Shown: positions 28,075-38,294 of the stretch, piece by piece
Numbering within the stretch: position 1 is the stretch's first letter
How the letters are laid out: every line of letters begins with the position of its first letter
Source of the DNA: Candidatus Latescibacterota bacterium
GTDB taxonomy: Bacteria; Latescibacterota; UBA2968; UBA8231
DNA length: 64,000 nucleotides
Direction of reading: 5' to 3'
Assembly (NCBI GenBank): GCA_965203355.1
Contig: OZ241889.1
Span: 480,001 to 544,000 of the forward strand
The notes under the pieces: model-generated
The model's database searches: none
The model's input: only the letters and a program-made list of their open reading frames with translations
What the model was told of the DNA's origin: nothing
Translations under genes and position numbers: made by a program

Positions 28075-28282
28075 AAGGATAACATTATCCTGATGAAGGA
28101 ACTGACCGATCAGGAACGCCTCATGTTTCAGACCGAATTCAACGCTGTGCGGAAGGTTAGCCATATTCTTGGGTGGTTTGGGTACGCATCATTCCATCAT
28201 CGCCCTTATAGAAGCATTTTTGATGTCGGATCGAATCCGCACCTACAACGCAGAAAGAGCCGATGAAAAGGCTGTACGATAG
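28075..28282 (+). pseudogene. TM2-domain protein remnant (start codon apparently lost, internal deletions)
   Basis: DNIILMKELTDQERLMFQTEFNAVRK, then frameshift to LAIFLGGLGTHH fused directly to SIIALIEAFLMSDRIRTYN. Confidence 0.65.
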
Positions 28283-28392
28283 TAACAAACCTTTCCCAAG
28301 GAAGTTTCATTAAACCAATGAGTGAATCTACGGGCAGAGGTGATGGCGAGTCTTGCCGTTCCACGCAATGGCTTGGTCGCAGTCCGCAGCGC

Positions 28393-29250
28393 ATGAAGCG
28401 AACAGCGACATGCGGACCTGTGGCCATCCAAGGAAATGTCGGATCGTTCAGCGAGGCGGCAGCGCGAGCCTACTTTTCCTCAGCGATACAACTGGCACCA
28501 CAGCCGAACTTCAAGGCACTTTTCGCCGCCGTGGAAGACGGGTCTTGCGCTTGCGGCGTCGTGCCCATCGAAAACTCGCTGATGGGCAGCATCCACGAAA
28601 ACTACGACCTGCTGCTGCAGAGCAACGTACACATCGTAGGCGAAATCAAGCTGCGCATCGTCCACAACCTCATCGTCAATCCGGGCGTCCAGCTAGCGGA
28701 CATCCGCTACATTGCGTCGCAGCCGCCCGCCTTGGCTCAATGCACTCGCTTCATCCACTCGTTGGCAGGTGCTCAGACGATAGCGGCGGACGATACGGCT
28801 GGCGCAGTCAAAGATCTGGCCGAGAGCGGCGACCGCGACCGCGGGGCCATCGCCGGAACGCACGCCGCCGCCGCGTACGGGATGGAGATTCTCGTCCCCG
28901 GCATTGAGGACGCCCCGCACAATTTTACCCGCTTCTTGGTGGTGAGCCGGCGCGCCACGCCAGCACCGACTGATCCAGCCAAAACCACGCTCGTCTTTGG
29001 GCTAAAGCACGTGCCCGGCGCACTGTGCCAGAGCCTTGCGGCCTTTGCCGAGCGCGGCATCAACCTGCTCAAAATCGAGTCGCGGCCCAGGCCCGAGCGG
29101 CCTTGGGAATACGTCTTCTATCTCGATTTAGAGGGCCACTTGGAGCAAGCCGCTTGTGCCCAAGCCGTGGCGCAACTTCAGGAGACCACCGAATTCGTCC
29201 GCGTCTTGGGCTCGTACCAGCAGGGCAACACGGTGGCTGATAGTCAGTAG
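28393..29250 (+). CDS. pheA: Prephenate dehydratase with ACT domain
   Basis: AIQGNVGSFSE, VVPIENSLMGSI, NFTRFLV, GINLLKIESRP, WEYVFYLD. Confidence 0.93.
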   Translation: MKRTATCGPVAIQGNVGSFSEAAARAYFSSAIQLAPQPNFKALFAAVEDGSCACGVVPIENSLMGSIHENYDLLLQSNVHIVGEIKLRIVHNLIVNPGVQLADIRYIASQPPALAQCTRFIHSLAGAQTIAADDTAGAVKDLAESGDRDRGAIAGTHAAAAYGMEILVPGIEDAPHNFTRFLVVSRRATPAPTDPAKTTLVFGLKHVPGALCQSLAAFAERGINLLKIESRPRPERPWEYVFYLDLEGHLEQAACAQAVAQLQETTEFVRVLGSYQQGNTVADSQ

Positions 29251-29302
29251 CTAGTTGCCCACACTTGGGGCAACCACCGACCACCGACCACCGACCACTG
29301 AT
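29232..29302. repeat. Heptamer-repeat inverted structure between convergent pheA and ABC permease (likely terminator)
   Basis: (CCACCGA)x3-CCACTGA on the right; degenerate complementary heptamers and a TTGCCC/GGGCAA stem on the left. Confidence 0.55.
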
Positions 29303-30255
29303 CAACCGCCTACAGCGCGGGTACGCACTTGGTCGAGGCCGACGGCCAGCAAGAGCACCCCACCGCGCGTTACATCCTGCCAAAAGCTCGACACATCCAT
29401 CAGCGTCAGTCCGTTGTTGAGCGTGCCGAGCAGCAAGACCGCCAGCAAGGTGCCCCACACCGTACCGCGCCCTCCGAAGAGACTCGTGCCGCCCAAGATC
29501 ACGGCGGCGATCACCGTCAACAAATGCTGCCCGGCAGCGTCGGGTGCTGCTGCGTAGAGCATGGCCGCGAGGATAAGGCCGCTGACCGCTCCGCTGAGGC
29601 CGGAGAGTACATAGAGGATCATCAGGGTGCGTGCGACCGGAACGCCGACCAATCGGCTCGCTTCGGGATTGCTGCCGGCCGCATAGACGAAGCGGCCAAA
29701 GCGAGTCCGCGCCAAGGTCCAGCCAAGCGCGATATACACCAGCAGCATCAGCACCAGCGGCACTGGCAAGCGCAAAAGCTGGCCACTGCCGATCCAGTTA
29801 AAACCGGGTTCCATCAGCGGCTTAGTCAGCCCGCCGGTCAGGACTAGGGCCAGCCCGCCGATGACGCTCATCGTGCCCATCGTCGCGATCAGCGGATTGA
29901 GTCCTAGGCGCACGGCCAACAGGCCGTTGAGCAACCCGATGCCCCCGCCCAGCGCCAGCGCGATGAGACAGGCCGCGACAATGCCGACGCCCGCGGCGTG
30001 GAGCAGCGCGACGACCACCCCGGCCAGCCCAGCGACTGCGGCCACTGACAGGTCGAGGCCCCCGGCGATAATCAGCGGCGTTTGCAACGCGCACATCAAG
30101 CCGATAAAGGCCATATTGGCCCCAATGCTCACCATATTGTCGAAGGACAAAAACCAAGGCGAGAGGACGCTGAAGAGCACGGCGACCAAGAGGTAGAATA
30201 TCAACAACAAGGCAACACCGGCACCGGGGCGGTTCAATAAGGAGGCAATGCTCAT
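29302..30255 (-). CDS. Sugar ABC transporter permease (RbsC-like)
   Basis: GGLDLSV, TRFGRFVYAAGSNPEASRLVGV, IAAVILGGTSLFGGRG. Confidence 0.92.
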   Translation of the reverse strand: MSIASLLNRPGAGVALLLIFYLLVAVLFSVLSPWFLSFDNMVSIGANMAFIGLMCALQTPLIIAGGLDLSVAAVAGLAGVVVALLHAAGVGIVAACLIALALGGGIGLLNGLLAVRLGLNPLIATMGTMSVIGGLALVLTGGLTKPLMEPGFNWIGSGQLLRLPVPLVLMLLVYIALGWTLARTRFGRFVYAAGSNPEASRLVGVPVARTLMILYVLSGLSGAVSGLILAAMLYAAAPDAAGQHLLTVIAAVILGGTSLFGGRGTVWGTLLAVLLLGTLNNGLTLMDVSSFWQDVTRGGVLLLAVGLDQVRTRAVGG

Positions 30256-31766
30256 GGAAGGTCTTTCGCGGTCGGAGTATGGAGCAGGTCGGCCGGAGCC
30301 GCGCCGCCAGCAAAGCGGCTCGACACCCGACCGCGGTCGAGGACGATGGAGCGGTCGCAGACGCCAGCGACTTCTTCGGCGTCCGAGGAAACCAAGAGTA
30401 CGGCAAGCCCTTGTTGAGTCCACTGCCGCAGTGCCAAGTAGAGCGCACGGCGAGCCCCCACATCCACGCCGCGGGTCGGTTCTTCGAGGATGAGCACCGC
30501 GAGATCTTCGACCAACCAGCGGGCCAAGCATGCCTTTTGCTGATTGCCGCCCGAGAGCAAGCGCAGCGGTTGGTCGAGGTGGGCAGCGCGAATCCCCAAG
30601 CGGTCGATCCAGCTTTGCGCGTGGCTTGTTTCGCGCGGCTTGGACACGGAAAACAAGCGCACGAAGCGGTCGATAAAGGGCAAGGTGATATTGGCCCGGA
30701 CGCCGAGGTCCGGGACGATGCCCTCGCGCTGGCGTTCGGCCGCGACAAAACCGATACCCGCGTCGCGGCCCCGGCGCGGGTCGGTCGGGACATAGGGCGC
30801 GCCTCCAAGTGCAATGCGTGTGCCAGATAGCGGACCCAGCGCACCATAGACGGCCCGGCCAAGCTGGTCAATCCCCGAGCCGAGTAGGCCGAAGACGCCG
30901 AGAATCTCACCTTGGCGGAGCGAGAAGGACACGCGGTCGAGCACACCGGGCAGGCTCAGATTTTCAACCTCCAGCGCGACTGCGCCAGTGCTCGCGCCGC
31001 GCGGAGGGTAGAGTTCATCAACAGTTGTGCCGAGCATGGCGTCGAGCACCTCGCGCCGCGAAGCAGTGGTCGCGAAGTTGCCAGCGTTCAGCCCATCGCG
31101 GAGTACGGTGATGCGGTCGGCGATCTCGAAGACCTCGTCGAGGTAATGGGAGATATAGACGATGCCGATCTGCTGCGCCTTGAGCCGCTCGACGACGGCG
31201 AAGAGTGCCCTTACCTCGCGGTCGGCGAGGGAGGCGGTTGGCTCGTCCATGACGATGACCCGCGCTTGGCCTGCGAGGGCACGGGCGATTTCCACTAGGC
31301 GCTTGTGTGGCGCGGAGAGTTGGTGTACTGGCGCATCGGGATCGAGGTCGCAGCCGAGCCGATCGAGCAGTGCCCGCGCTCTTGCACGCAGTTCCGGGCG
31401 ATCTACTTCCCGGCCAAACCACGAGCGTTTGCGCGGCAGGTCGGCGATGAGGATGTTTTCGGCGACTGTGAGGTCGGGCAAAACCGACACTTCCTGCGGT
31501 AAAAAGCGGACGCCGTGAGCGATGGCTTCTTCGGGCCGATCGCAGTGTACTGCTTGGTCGCCGAGGCGGATGGAGCCAGCGTCGCGGCTGTACACGCCGC
31601 AGAGAATTTTCACTAGCGTGGACTTACCCGCTCCGTTGGCACCCAGCAGCGCTAAGACCTCTCCAGCGTCTAAGCCGAGCTCGACCTCGCGCAACACTTG
31701 GGCACTGCCGAAGGATTTGCAGATGCCTGCCATCTGCAACAGAGGCGCGGTATGGACCATGCTCAT
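30252..31766 (-). CDS. Sugar ABC transporter ATP-binding protein (RbsA-like)
   Basis: GANGAGKST, MDEPT, ISHYLDEVFE, LSGGNQQK, EEPTRGVDVG. Confidence 0.93.
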   Translation of the reverse strand: MSMVHTAPLLQMAGICKSFGSAQVLREVELGLDAGEVLALLGANGAGKSTLVKILCGVYSRDAGSIRLGDQAVHCDRPEEAIAHGVRFLPQEVSVLPDLTVAENILIADLPRKRSWFGREVDRPELRARARALLDRLGCDLDPDAPVHQLSAPHKRLVEIARALAGQARVIVMDEPTASLADREVRALFAVVERLKAQQIGIVYISHYLDEVFEIADRITVLRDGLNAGNFATTASRREVLDAMLGTTVDELYPPRGASTGAVALEVENLSLPGVLDRVSFSLRQGEILGVFGLLGSGIDQLGRAVYGALGPLSGTRIALGGAPYVPTDPRRGRDAGIGFVAAERQREGIVPDLGVRANITLPFIDRFVRLFSVSKPRETSHAQSWIDRLGIRAAHLDQPLRLLSGGNQQKACLARWLVEDLAVLILEEPTRGVDVGARRALYLALRQWTQQGLAVLLVSSDAEEVAGVCDRSIVLDRGRVSSRFAGGAAPADLLHTPTAKDLP

Positions 31767-31767
31767 G

Positions 31768-32940
31768 CTAGTGAGCGGGGATCAACTGCTCGTAGCCGGC
31801 GAGTTCGGGCTTGTCCGCGAGGGTGGCCAAGTGTTCGACAAAGGCTTCCTGCGGGAAGACGTAGGCGAAGCCCGGATCGCCTTGGCATTCGTATTCGGGA
31901 TAGAATTGACAAACGTTGGCCGGGCTGATCATCACGTGGTTGACGGTGACCGCTGGCGGCACGTCGCGGCCGGCTAAGCGCATCAAGCTCAGCGGGATAA
32001 GATAGTTGCCGTAGCGCTCGGGGAAATAGGCGACTGAGGCGATGAAGTTCTCCTCGGCGACCAGCGTCTCCAACTCGTCGGCCCCCTTGCCGACGACCAG
32101 CGCGTCTGCGCCGCGCCCCTGCTGCTGCACGGCGCGCAACATGCCGGAGACCGATTGGTCGTTGATGGCCGTGATCAGGATTGGCGCACCTTGGGGGATG
32201 CGGCCGAGCGCGTTGCTCATCTGCTGGAAGGAGTACTGCAGCGTATTTTTGGTGTCGATGCGGATGATGCGCTCGGACGGGAAGCCGGGTAGCGAGGCGA
32301 GAAAGCCGGCGATTTGGCCCTCGGTGCGCATGGCCGGGATCGCGCCCGACTGCGGCAGTTCGCCAACGACGAAGTATCCCTCGGCGAGTGCCCGGTCGCC
32401 AAAGCGCACTTTGGCTGCCTGCGCCAGATAGGAGCCGCCCATAAAACCGGAGCGCGGGTTGTTGGCGCCGAAGTAAGTGGCCCCCGGCATGGGGATGTCG
32501 ATGGCAACCACGCCGACCTGCTTGCGGTTGAAGTGCTGCATGATGGCCGGGCCGAAGTTGACGTCGGTTTGGAATTCGATGCAGAAGTCAACTTGGCGTC
32601 GGGCGAAGCTCTCGGCGTTGGCTAGGGCCGTCGGCCCGTCGAGCCGATTGTCGGCGATCAGCAAGTCGACGCCAGCGGCCTCGGCGTTGCGCTCAATGCC
32701 TTTTTCGACCTTGATGCCAAAGCTGATGTCGCGTTGCAGGTTGGCAAAGCCAAAGACGAGGTTTTTGCCGTTTTGGGGAGGCGAGTTTTGCGCGGCTTCG
32801 GCGGCCATGGCTTGGAGCACTGCCGGCGGGAGCATCAGCCCGTCGTAAGTCGCCGGGTCGAAACCGTGGAAATCCTCGCTCAATGCTGGGACTGGCGCGA
32901 GCAACAGGCAAGCGGCGAGAACGAGTCGGAGCGAAATCAT
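31768..32940 (-). CDS. Sugar ABC transporter periplasmic substrate-binding protein
   Basis: Signal peptide; VVAIDIP..GATYFGANN..SGFMGG, AINDQS; operon context. Confidence 0.87.
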   Translation of the reverse strand: MISLRLVLAACLLLAPVPALSEDFHGFDPATYDGLMLPPAVLQAMAAEAAQNSPPQNGKNLVFGFANLQRDISFGIKVEKGIERNAEAAGVDLLIADNRLDGPTALANAESFARRQVDFCIEFQTDVNFGPAIMQHFNRKQVGVVAIDIPMPGATYFGANNPRSGFMGGSYLAQAAKVRFGDRALAEGYFVVGELPQSGAIPAMRTEGQIAGFLASLPGFPSERIIRIDTKNTLQYSFQQMSNALGRIPQGAPILITAINDQSVSGMLRAVQQQGRGADALVVGKGADELETLVAEENFIASVAYFPERYGNYLIPLSLMRLAGRDVPPAVTVNHVMISPANVCQFYPEYECQGDPGFAYVFPQEAFVEHLATLADKPELAGYEQLIPAH

Positions 32941-33107
32941 AGCTACACTTTCGTTTGGAAATGGACTGACGAATATACGGAGCGGACAGCCGGTGGCTCA
33001 AGGCGGCGATTGCTTTTCAGGAGCGATGCGGTTGGCTACTATTGGGTACCGCACGCTAGTAACCGATCCAAGGAAAGGAAATCTTTCTGCTATGGCTGCT
33101 ATTTGGG

Positions 33108-33338
33108 ATGGTCAGCGCCGTGGTCGCCACGAACAAAGGACGAAGCGGTTGTGGTTGGTTTGCACTTGGCGTGTTGCTCGGTCCCTTTGGTTTCATTTTG
33201 GCTTTGGTTGTTCCCAAAAATCAGGAAGAAGTTGAAAAAAAATCTATTCAAATCGGCGACATGAAAAAGTGTCCATACTGTGCTGAACTCGTAAAAGCGG
33301 AAGCGGTCAAGTGTCGCTACTGTGGGGAAGAGATTTAA
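33108..33338 (+). CDS. Small membrane protein with C-terminal zinc ribbon (possibly lost its original start at 33075)
   Basis: A.NKGRSG.GWF.LG.LLGP and KKCPYCAE...KCRYCGE; in-frame upstream EIFLLWLLFG preceded by AAG instead of ATG. Confidence 0.75.
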   Translation: MVSAVVATNKGRSGCGWFALGVLLGPFGFILALVVPKNQEEVEKKSIQIGDMKKCPYCAELVKAEAVKCRYCGEEI

Positions 33339-33391
33339 TTAGGAAAGGCTCCACGCTGAGATAGCGATCCATAACTAAAAAGGAAAACGCA

Positions 33392-34528
33392 ATGCTAACC
33401 AAAGAAGGATGCCGCACGCGGCAGCAACGTCTGTGTGTGCGTCTGGCCGAACTCGACATGGATGCGGCCGTGATCAATCACCCGAAGGAAATCTACTACT
33501 TCACCGGAATCATCATCCCCGAGGAATTTCCCGGTCCGCCGGCGATCTTTTGGCTGGGGGCCGACGGGCGTTCCTGGCTGATCGCGCATACCGACCAAGG
33601 CGAGCCGTGCGCCGACGAGTGTTTCACCTTTCCCCTCAGCGTCGGCGGCACGGTCACGCCCGATTTGCGCGAGGTGATAAGCGGGCTAATCGTCGATGTG
33701 TTACGCACTAAAAAGCCAGCGGCTGGCCGCTTGGGTTGGCAGAGCGAGTTTTTGCCGCGTCGCTTGGGATTGGCAATCGAAGAAGGGCTGGGCAAAACGC
33801 CGGCCTGGGTCGCGGTCGATGATCGGCTCGCCGACCTCCAAGAAGTCAAGGATCCCGACGAAATCGAACTGCTGCGCAAGGTAGTGCAGGTCGATCTGGC
33901 CGCATACGCTGCGGCCGAAGCGGCCATCGCGCCGGGCGTCAACGAGCTGGAGGTGCTAGCGGCCGCGCAGCGGGCGGCGCATCTTGCCGCCGGGGAGAAG
34001 GTTTTCCACGACGGCGACTATCAGTGTGGCGAGTTGGGCGGTTTTGCCCGCAATCGCCCGATTGAGGCCGGGGAAATCTACGTCATCGACGCTTGGTCGG
34101 TGTACCGCGGCTATTGGGCCGATTTGTGCCGCAGCTTTGCGGTGGGCGAGCCGACCGAGGTGCAGCACTCCGTATTTGAGCACGTCAAGGGCTTTCACGC
34201 CCGCGTCGGCGAGTACTTGCGGCCGGGCAAGGACAGCCGCGAATGTGCGGTGGCCATGGACGCCTATATCCGCGAGCATCCCCAACTGGCCGACATCGGC
34301 TTGATCCACCACGCCGGGCACAACATTGGTCTGCGGGCGCACCAGATGCCCGATCTCAACAAGGAGCGCGGGGGCACCTTGCGCGTGGGCAATGTGGTCT
34401 CGGTCGAGCCGGGAGCCTATATCCCCGAGGCGCGGGCGGGAGTGCGGCTGGAGAACATGTACCTGATTACCGAGAGCGGCTTGGAGAATTTGTCGCCGTA
34501 TCCAATGGAGTTGGGGGCGCACTGTTGA
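33392..34528 (+). CDS. M24 family (Xaa-Pro) peptidase
   Basis: VKDPDEIELLR, YRGYWADLCR, HHAGHNIGL, SVEPGAY, GVRLEN. Confidence 0.88.
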   Translation: MLTKEGCRTRQQRLCVRLAELDMDAAVINHPKEIYYFTGIIIPEEFPGPPAIFWLGADGRSWLIAHTDQGEPCADECFTFPLSVGGTVTPDLREVISGLIVDVLRTKKPAAGRLGWQSEFLPRRLGLAIEEGLGKTPAWVAVDDRLADLQEVKDPDEIELLRKVVQVDLAAYAAAEAAIAPGVNELEVLAAAQRAAHLAAGEKVFHDGDYQCGELGGFARNRPIEAGEIYVIDAWSVYRGYWADLCRSFAVGEPTEVQHSVFEHVKGFHARVGEYLRPGKDSRECAVAMDAYIREHPQLADIGLIHHAGHNIGLRAHQMPDLNKERGGTLRVGNVVSVEPGAYIPEARAGVRLENMYLITESGLENLSPYPMELGAHC

Positions 34529-35313
34529 GCGAGGTGCTCGAATTTGCCGAAGACCTCACCCGGCGCGCTGGTATGCTGATCGCCGAAGCGCGAGAGGAGC
34601 GGGCACTGGATCTGAGCTACAAGGAAGGGATTGAGCTGTTGACGTCGGCCGATTTGCAGGCCGACCAGCTCATCCGCGGCGAGATCGAACAGACCTTTCC
34701 CGAACACAGCATCCTCTCCGAAGAATCCTCGCCCGCCCTTACAGACCCGGCGCAACTGCGCGGCCCCTTGTGGATCATCGACCCGATTGACGGCACCGTC
34801 AACTACGCCTATAACCAACAGCAAGTCGCCGTATCCATCGCCTTTGCCAAAGGAGGCCAAGTGCAAGTCGGCGTGGTGCGCTGCCCATTTGTAGAAGAGA
34901 CCTTTACCGCCCGGCGCCGGGCCGGGGCCTTTCTCAATGGCCGCCCCATCCGAGCCAGCGAATGCAGCGAGCTATCCCGCGCCCTGATAGGCACGGGCTT
35001 CCCCTACGCCGCCGAGGACCGAGTGGCACTCGTGGATCGCCTGCGCCGCGTCCTCGGCCACTGCCGCGACATCCGCCGCGTCGGTTCGGCCGCCATTGAT
35101 TTGTGCTGGGTGGCGATGGGTCGGCTCGACGGCTTTTACGAGTCGCTCAAACCTTGGGACTTGGCGGCGGCGGCCCTGATTGCGCGGGAAGCGGGCGCGC
35201 ACGTCGGGCACTTACAGCCCGTAGAAGGCGAGCTACCGGAAGAATTGGACGGCAAAGACTTGGTCGCCGCCGCACCGGGAATCTACGAACCATTGATCGC
35301 GCTGTTGCGCTAA
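34525..35313 (+). CDS. suhB: Inositol monophosphatase family protein (SuhB-like)
   Basis: SEE, WIIDPIDGTVNY, RRVGSAAIDLC, KPWDLAAA. Confidence 0.88.
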   Translation: MSEVLEFAEDLTRRAGMLIAEAREERALDLSYKEGIELLTSADLQADQLIRGEIEQTFPEHSILSEESSPALTDPAQLRGPLWIIDPIDGTVNYAYNQQQVAVSIAFAKGGQVQVGVVRCPFVEETFTARRRAGAFLNGRPIRASECSELSRALIGTGFPYAAEDRVALVDRLRRVLGHCRDIRRVGSAAIDLCWVAMGRLDGFYESLKPWDLAAAALIAREAGAHVGHLQPVEGELPEELDGKDLVAAAPGIYEPLIALLR

Positions 35314-35328
35314 ACAACGAGGAGACCC

Positions 35329-36489
35329 ATGAAAATCAGCGACATCAAAGCCTATCCAACCTGGGTCGGCCACCGCAATCAACTCATCGTCAAGGTCGAG
35401 ACCGACGAAGGGCTCCACGGCTGGGGCGAGTCCGGGCTATCGGGACGCGAACTGGCCGTGGTAGGGGCCGTGCGGCACTATCGGGAATTTTTGCTCGGCC
35501 GCGATCCGCGCGAAATCGGGCGGCTCTGGCAGGAGATGTACCGCGGCCAGTACTTTGAAGGCGGGCGGGTGTTGACCGCGGCGATTTCGGCGATTGACAT
35601 CGCCTTGCACGACGTGGTGGGCAAAGCCCTCGGCGTGCCGGTCTATCAGCTTTTGGGCGGCAAGCAGCGCGAGTGGGTGCCCTGCTTTGCGACGACCGGA
35701 GCACCAGACCTAGAGACCTTGGTCAGCAACTGCAAGCTGCTGTTGGACCAGGGGTGGGACGTGATCCGCACGGGAATGGCCCAGCGCAAACAGTACGACG
35801 ACGAACGAGTGTTCGAGCCGCGCGAGTCCATCGGCATCACCGCAGCTTGGCTAACGGAAGTGCGCCGTGAAATTGGTCCCGATCCGATTTTGGGCATTGA
35901 CTACCATCATCGGCTGACAGTCGCCGAGAGTGCGTCGTTCTGCCAGAAAATGCCGCCGGGTACGCTCGACTTTCTCGAAGAACCCATCCGCGACGAGTGT
36001 CCCGAAGCCTACGAATCGCTCCGCACCATGACCGACGTGCCCTTTGCCATCGGCGAAGAATTTGCCAGCAAGTGGCAGTTTTTGCCCTATCTCGAGCGGG
36101 GCATCACCCAGTTTGCGCGGATTGACGTGTGCAACGTCGGCGGGCTGACCGAGTCAATGAAGGTGGCGAGCTTAGCCGAATCCCACTACATCGACCTGAT
36201 GCCACACAACCCACTGGGGCCAATCTGCACGGCCGCGACCGTGCATCTGGCGGCGGCCGTGCCCAACTTTGCGTGGCTCGAACACCGGGTGACGCCGACG
36301 GAAGCGGGGAAGTTCATGGACGAAGAGTTGTTTCCGGTGCAGTGCGAATTGGTGGGGTCGATGTTAAAGGTGCCTGAAGGGCCGGGGCTGGGCGTGGAGT
36401 TCAACGAAGAGTTGGCCGAGGAGCAGGAGTTCAAGTTTTGGGAAGCACCGCATTTGCGCCGCCGGGATGGGTCCCATACAAACTGGTGA
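35329..36489 (+). CDS. Enolase-superfamily sugar-acid dehydratase (galactonate/mannonate dehydratase-like)
   Basis: VKVETDEG.HGWGE, SAIDIALHD, IDYHHR, FLEEP, IGEE, MPHNP. Confidence 0.88.
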   Translation: MKISDIKAYPTWVGHRNQLIVKVETDEGLHGWGESGLSGRELAVVGAVRHYREFLLGRDPREIGRLWQEMYRGQYFEGGRVLTAAISAIDIALHDVVGKALGVPVYQLLGGKQREWVPCFATTGAPDLETLVSNCKLLLDQGWDVIRTGMAQRKQYDDERVFEPRESIGITAAWLTEVRREIGPDPILGIDYHHRLTVAESASFCQKMPPGTLDFLEEPIRDECPEAYESLRTMTDVPFAIGEEFASKWQFLPYLERGITQFARIDVCNVGGLTESMKVASLAESHYIDLMPHNPLGPICTAATVHLAAAVPNFAWLEHRVTPTEAGKFMDEELFPVQCELVGSMLKVPEGPGLGVEFNEELAEEQEFKFWEAPHLRRRDGSHTNW

Positions 36490-36504
36490 TGGCTGTTTAG
36501 AAAG

Positions 36505-36680
36505 GTATAATCTCGACCTATGCCGACAGGAAGGACGACAACCCGAACAGCCGTTCAAAGGTAGTTTTAACGTGCGGATGAGCAGCGAACTACACCGCCG
36601 GGCAGCCTTATGTGCCAAGGAGCAGGGCTCAAACCTCAACCAAGTGGTTAAAGAGGCGTTGGAGCGGTACTTAGCTGGCA
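36505..36680 (+). pseudogene. C-terminal fragment of a HicB-family antitoxin
   Basis: LDLCRQEGRQPEQPFKGSFNVRMSSELHRRAA...LNQVVKEAL; N-terminal half and hicA absent. Confidence 0.75.
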
Positions 36681-36750
36681 CAGCCTCCCCTTCGCTAGGT
36701 ACTTCACGTTCCTATCGGGAGTTAATGGCAGATATACGCGCTCGACAGCT

Positions 36751-37398
36751 CTAGCTATCGAGCAGGCAGGGCAAAGCTGAAATGTCGTCTATGACCGCGA
36801 CTTTGGGTACTTGGTCAAATTCACTTTTGCTTGTCGCGCCTGATAGTACCGCAACAAAGGGCACTTTGGCCCGTTCGGCTGTTAGCGCATCAATCGTACT
36901 GTCGCCAACGTAAAGCGCGTCATTGGCATCCATTTGCATGCTAGCGATAGCCGTTGTTAGACTGCTCGGATGTGGCTTGTGTTCGGCAACGTCTTCTCCG
37001 CCGATGATGACGCGAAAGCGATCAGACAGTCCTTCTCTTGCTAGGATCTCCTCAATTCTATAGCGAAACTTCGTTGATGCGATTCCCAAGGCAAAACCCA
37101 TTTCAATCAACCGCTCCGTTGTCGCCGGGACGCTAGCAAACACAGACGTTAAATCTACCATAACCTGATCGGCTCGTTTGACAAAATTGCTTGTGAACAA
37201 GCTGACGTTTTGATTGTTGGTTTGTCCTGTCAGACTCAGAAAGGTGTCCTCTAAAGACATGCCGATAGTTCGCTTGATTCGCTCGTCATCAGCTTGGGGC
37301 AAATTCAACCTTTCCAGCGCAAAATTAACACACTCAACGATGCCTTTTGTTGAGTCTGCTAGTGTGAGGTCGAAGTCAAAAATGATCGCCCGAGTCAT
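36751..37398 (-). CDS. HAD-family hydrolase (phosphoglycolate phosphatase-like)
   Basis: IIFDFDLTLADS, IASTK, HKPHP, YVGDSTID. Confidence 0.88.
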   Translation of the reverse strand: MTRAIIFDFDLTLADSTKGIVECVNFALERLNLPQADDERIKRTIGMSLEDTFLSLTGQTNNQNVSLFTSNFVKRADQVMVDLTSVFASVPATTERLIEMGFALGIASTKFRYRIEEILAREGLSDRFRVIIGGEDVAEHKPHPSSLTTAIASMQMDANDALYVGDSTIDALTAERAKVPFVAVLSGATSKSEFDQVPKVAVIDDISALPCLLDS

Positions 37399-37496
37399 AG
37401 GTAGTACAAAGTTCATTAAAGACGCGATTACGTTACGTGATTTCCCTCGTAGAGAGTAGAAAGTCCTGTCCTCAGCAGAACAGACCGATGGACAAC

Positions 37497-38294
37497 CTAC
37501 GACCCCGTGCCTTGATACGACCGGATACCCAGTTTCCAAAACTGGTAGGTCATCACAAACAGTAGAGCCGCCACCAGCGGCGAGAACATGCCCCAATGGC
37601 TGTCGGCCTCGCTTTTGCCCAACAAGTACAGGGCCGGATAATAAGCAACAAACGCATAGGGGACGATAAAGGAGAGAAAACCCTTGAGATACGGCCCGTA
37701 TATGCTGAGGGGGTATCGCGTCAGCTCGTACAGACCGATTACGAGGTTGCACAGAGCATTGGTGCGCGTGACCCAAAAGGACATTGCGCCGAAGAAGAAC
37801 ATGATGGAAAACCAGATCAAGTTCCCCGAGACGATAAACACGACTACCAACAATATTTTGAAAATATCCCACTGCATGTTGACGACACCGCCTGCGACCA
37901 CTAGATAGAAGAGGCCGATTATTAGGTTGCCTAAACCAAGCGGCGTGTAGCGACGAGCGACCATATAGAACAGCGTATTGACCGGCAGGCACAGTAGCTG
38001 ATCGAATGTGCCATCCCTTATATACTCTTCCATGTAAATGACGCTGTTGGTGAAAGCGTGGTGAAAACTCATGCCAATGATGGACAGTGCGTAGAGAAAG
38101 AATAGCTCCGGGAACGTCCACCCCGCGATCTCGTTTACATGGGTGAAAACAATTCCAATCGTTGCCAGACCGGCGACGGTAGTGGCGACCATGGAGACGA
38201 AAGAAAGCCAAAAGCTGGCCTTGTATTCCAACATGCTCTTCAGGTGGCTTACGAAGAGGAAGCCGTACAAGGCCGCATACCTACGCACACTCAA
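37497..38294 (-). CDS. ABC-2 type transporter permease
   Basis: EYKASF, IRDGTFDQLL..P, RYPLSIY, AYYPA, YQGTGS. Confidence 0.88.
   Translation of the reverse strand: MSVRRYAALYGFLFVSHLKSMLEYKASFWLSFVSMVATTVAGLATIGIVFTHVNEIAGWTFPELFFLYALSIIGMSFHHAFTNSVIYMEEYIRDGTFDQLLCLPVNTLFYMVARRYTPLGLGNLIIGLFYLVVAGGVVNMQWDIFKILLVVVFIVSGNLIWFSIMFFFGAMSFWVTRTNALCNLVIGLYELTRYPLSIYGPYLKGFLSFIVPYAFVAYYPALYLLGKSEADSHWGMFSPLVAALLFVMTYQFWKLGIRSYQGTGS

Noticed and set aside
3327-33351. Motif GGAAAGGCTC in three intergenic regions (3327, 25505, 33342) as a possible IS end
   Set aside because: No matching opposite ends or TSDs were found, one copy lies in a promoter spacer, and the motif is too short to support a call.
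37399-38211. 486-aa ORF suggesting a long N-terminal fusion on the HAD hydrolase
   Set aside because: The extension overlaps the ABC permease in another frame; the HAD motif I begins at the ATG at 37398.
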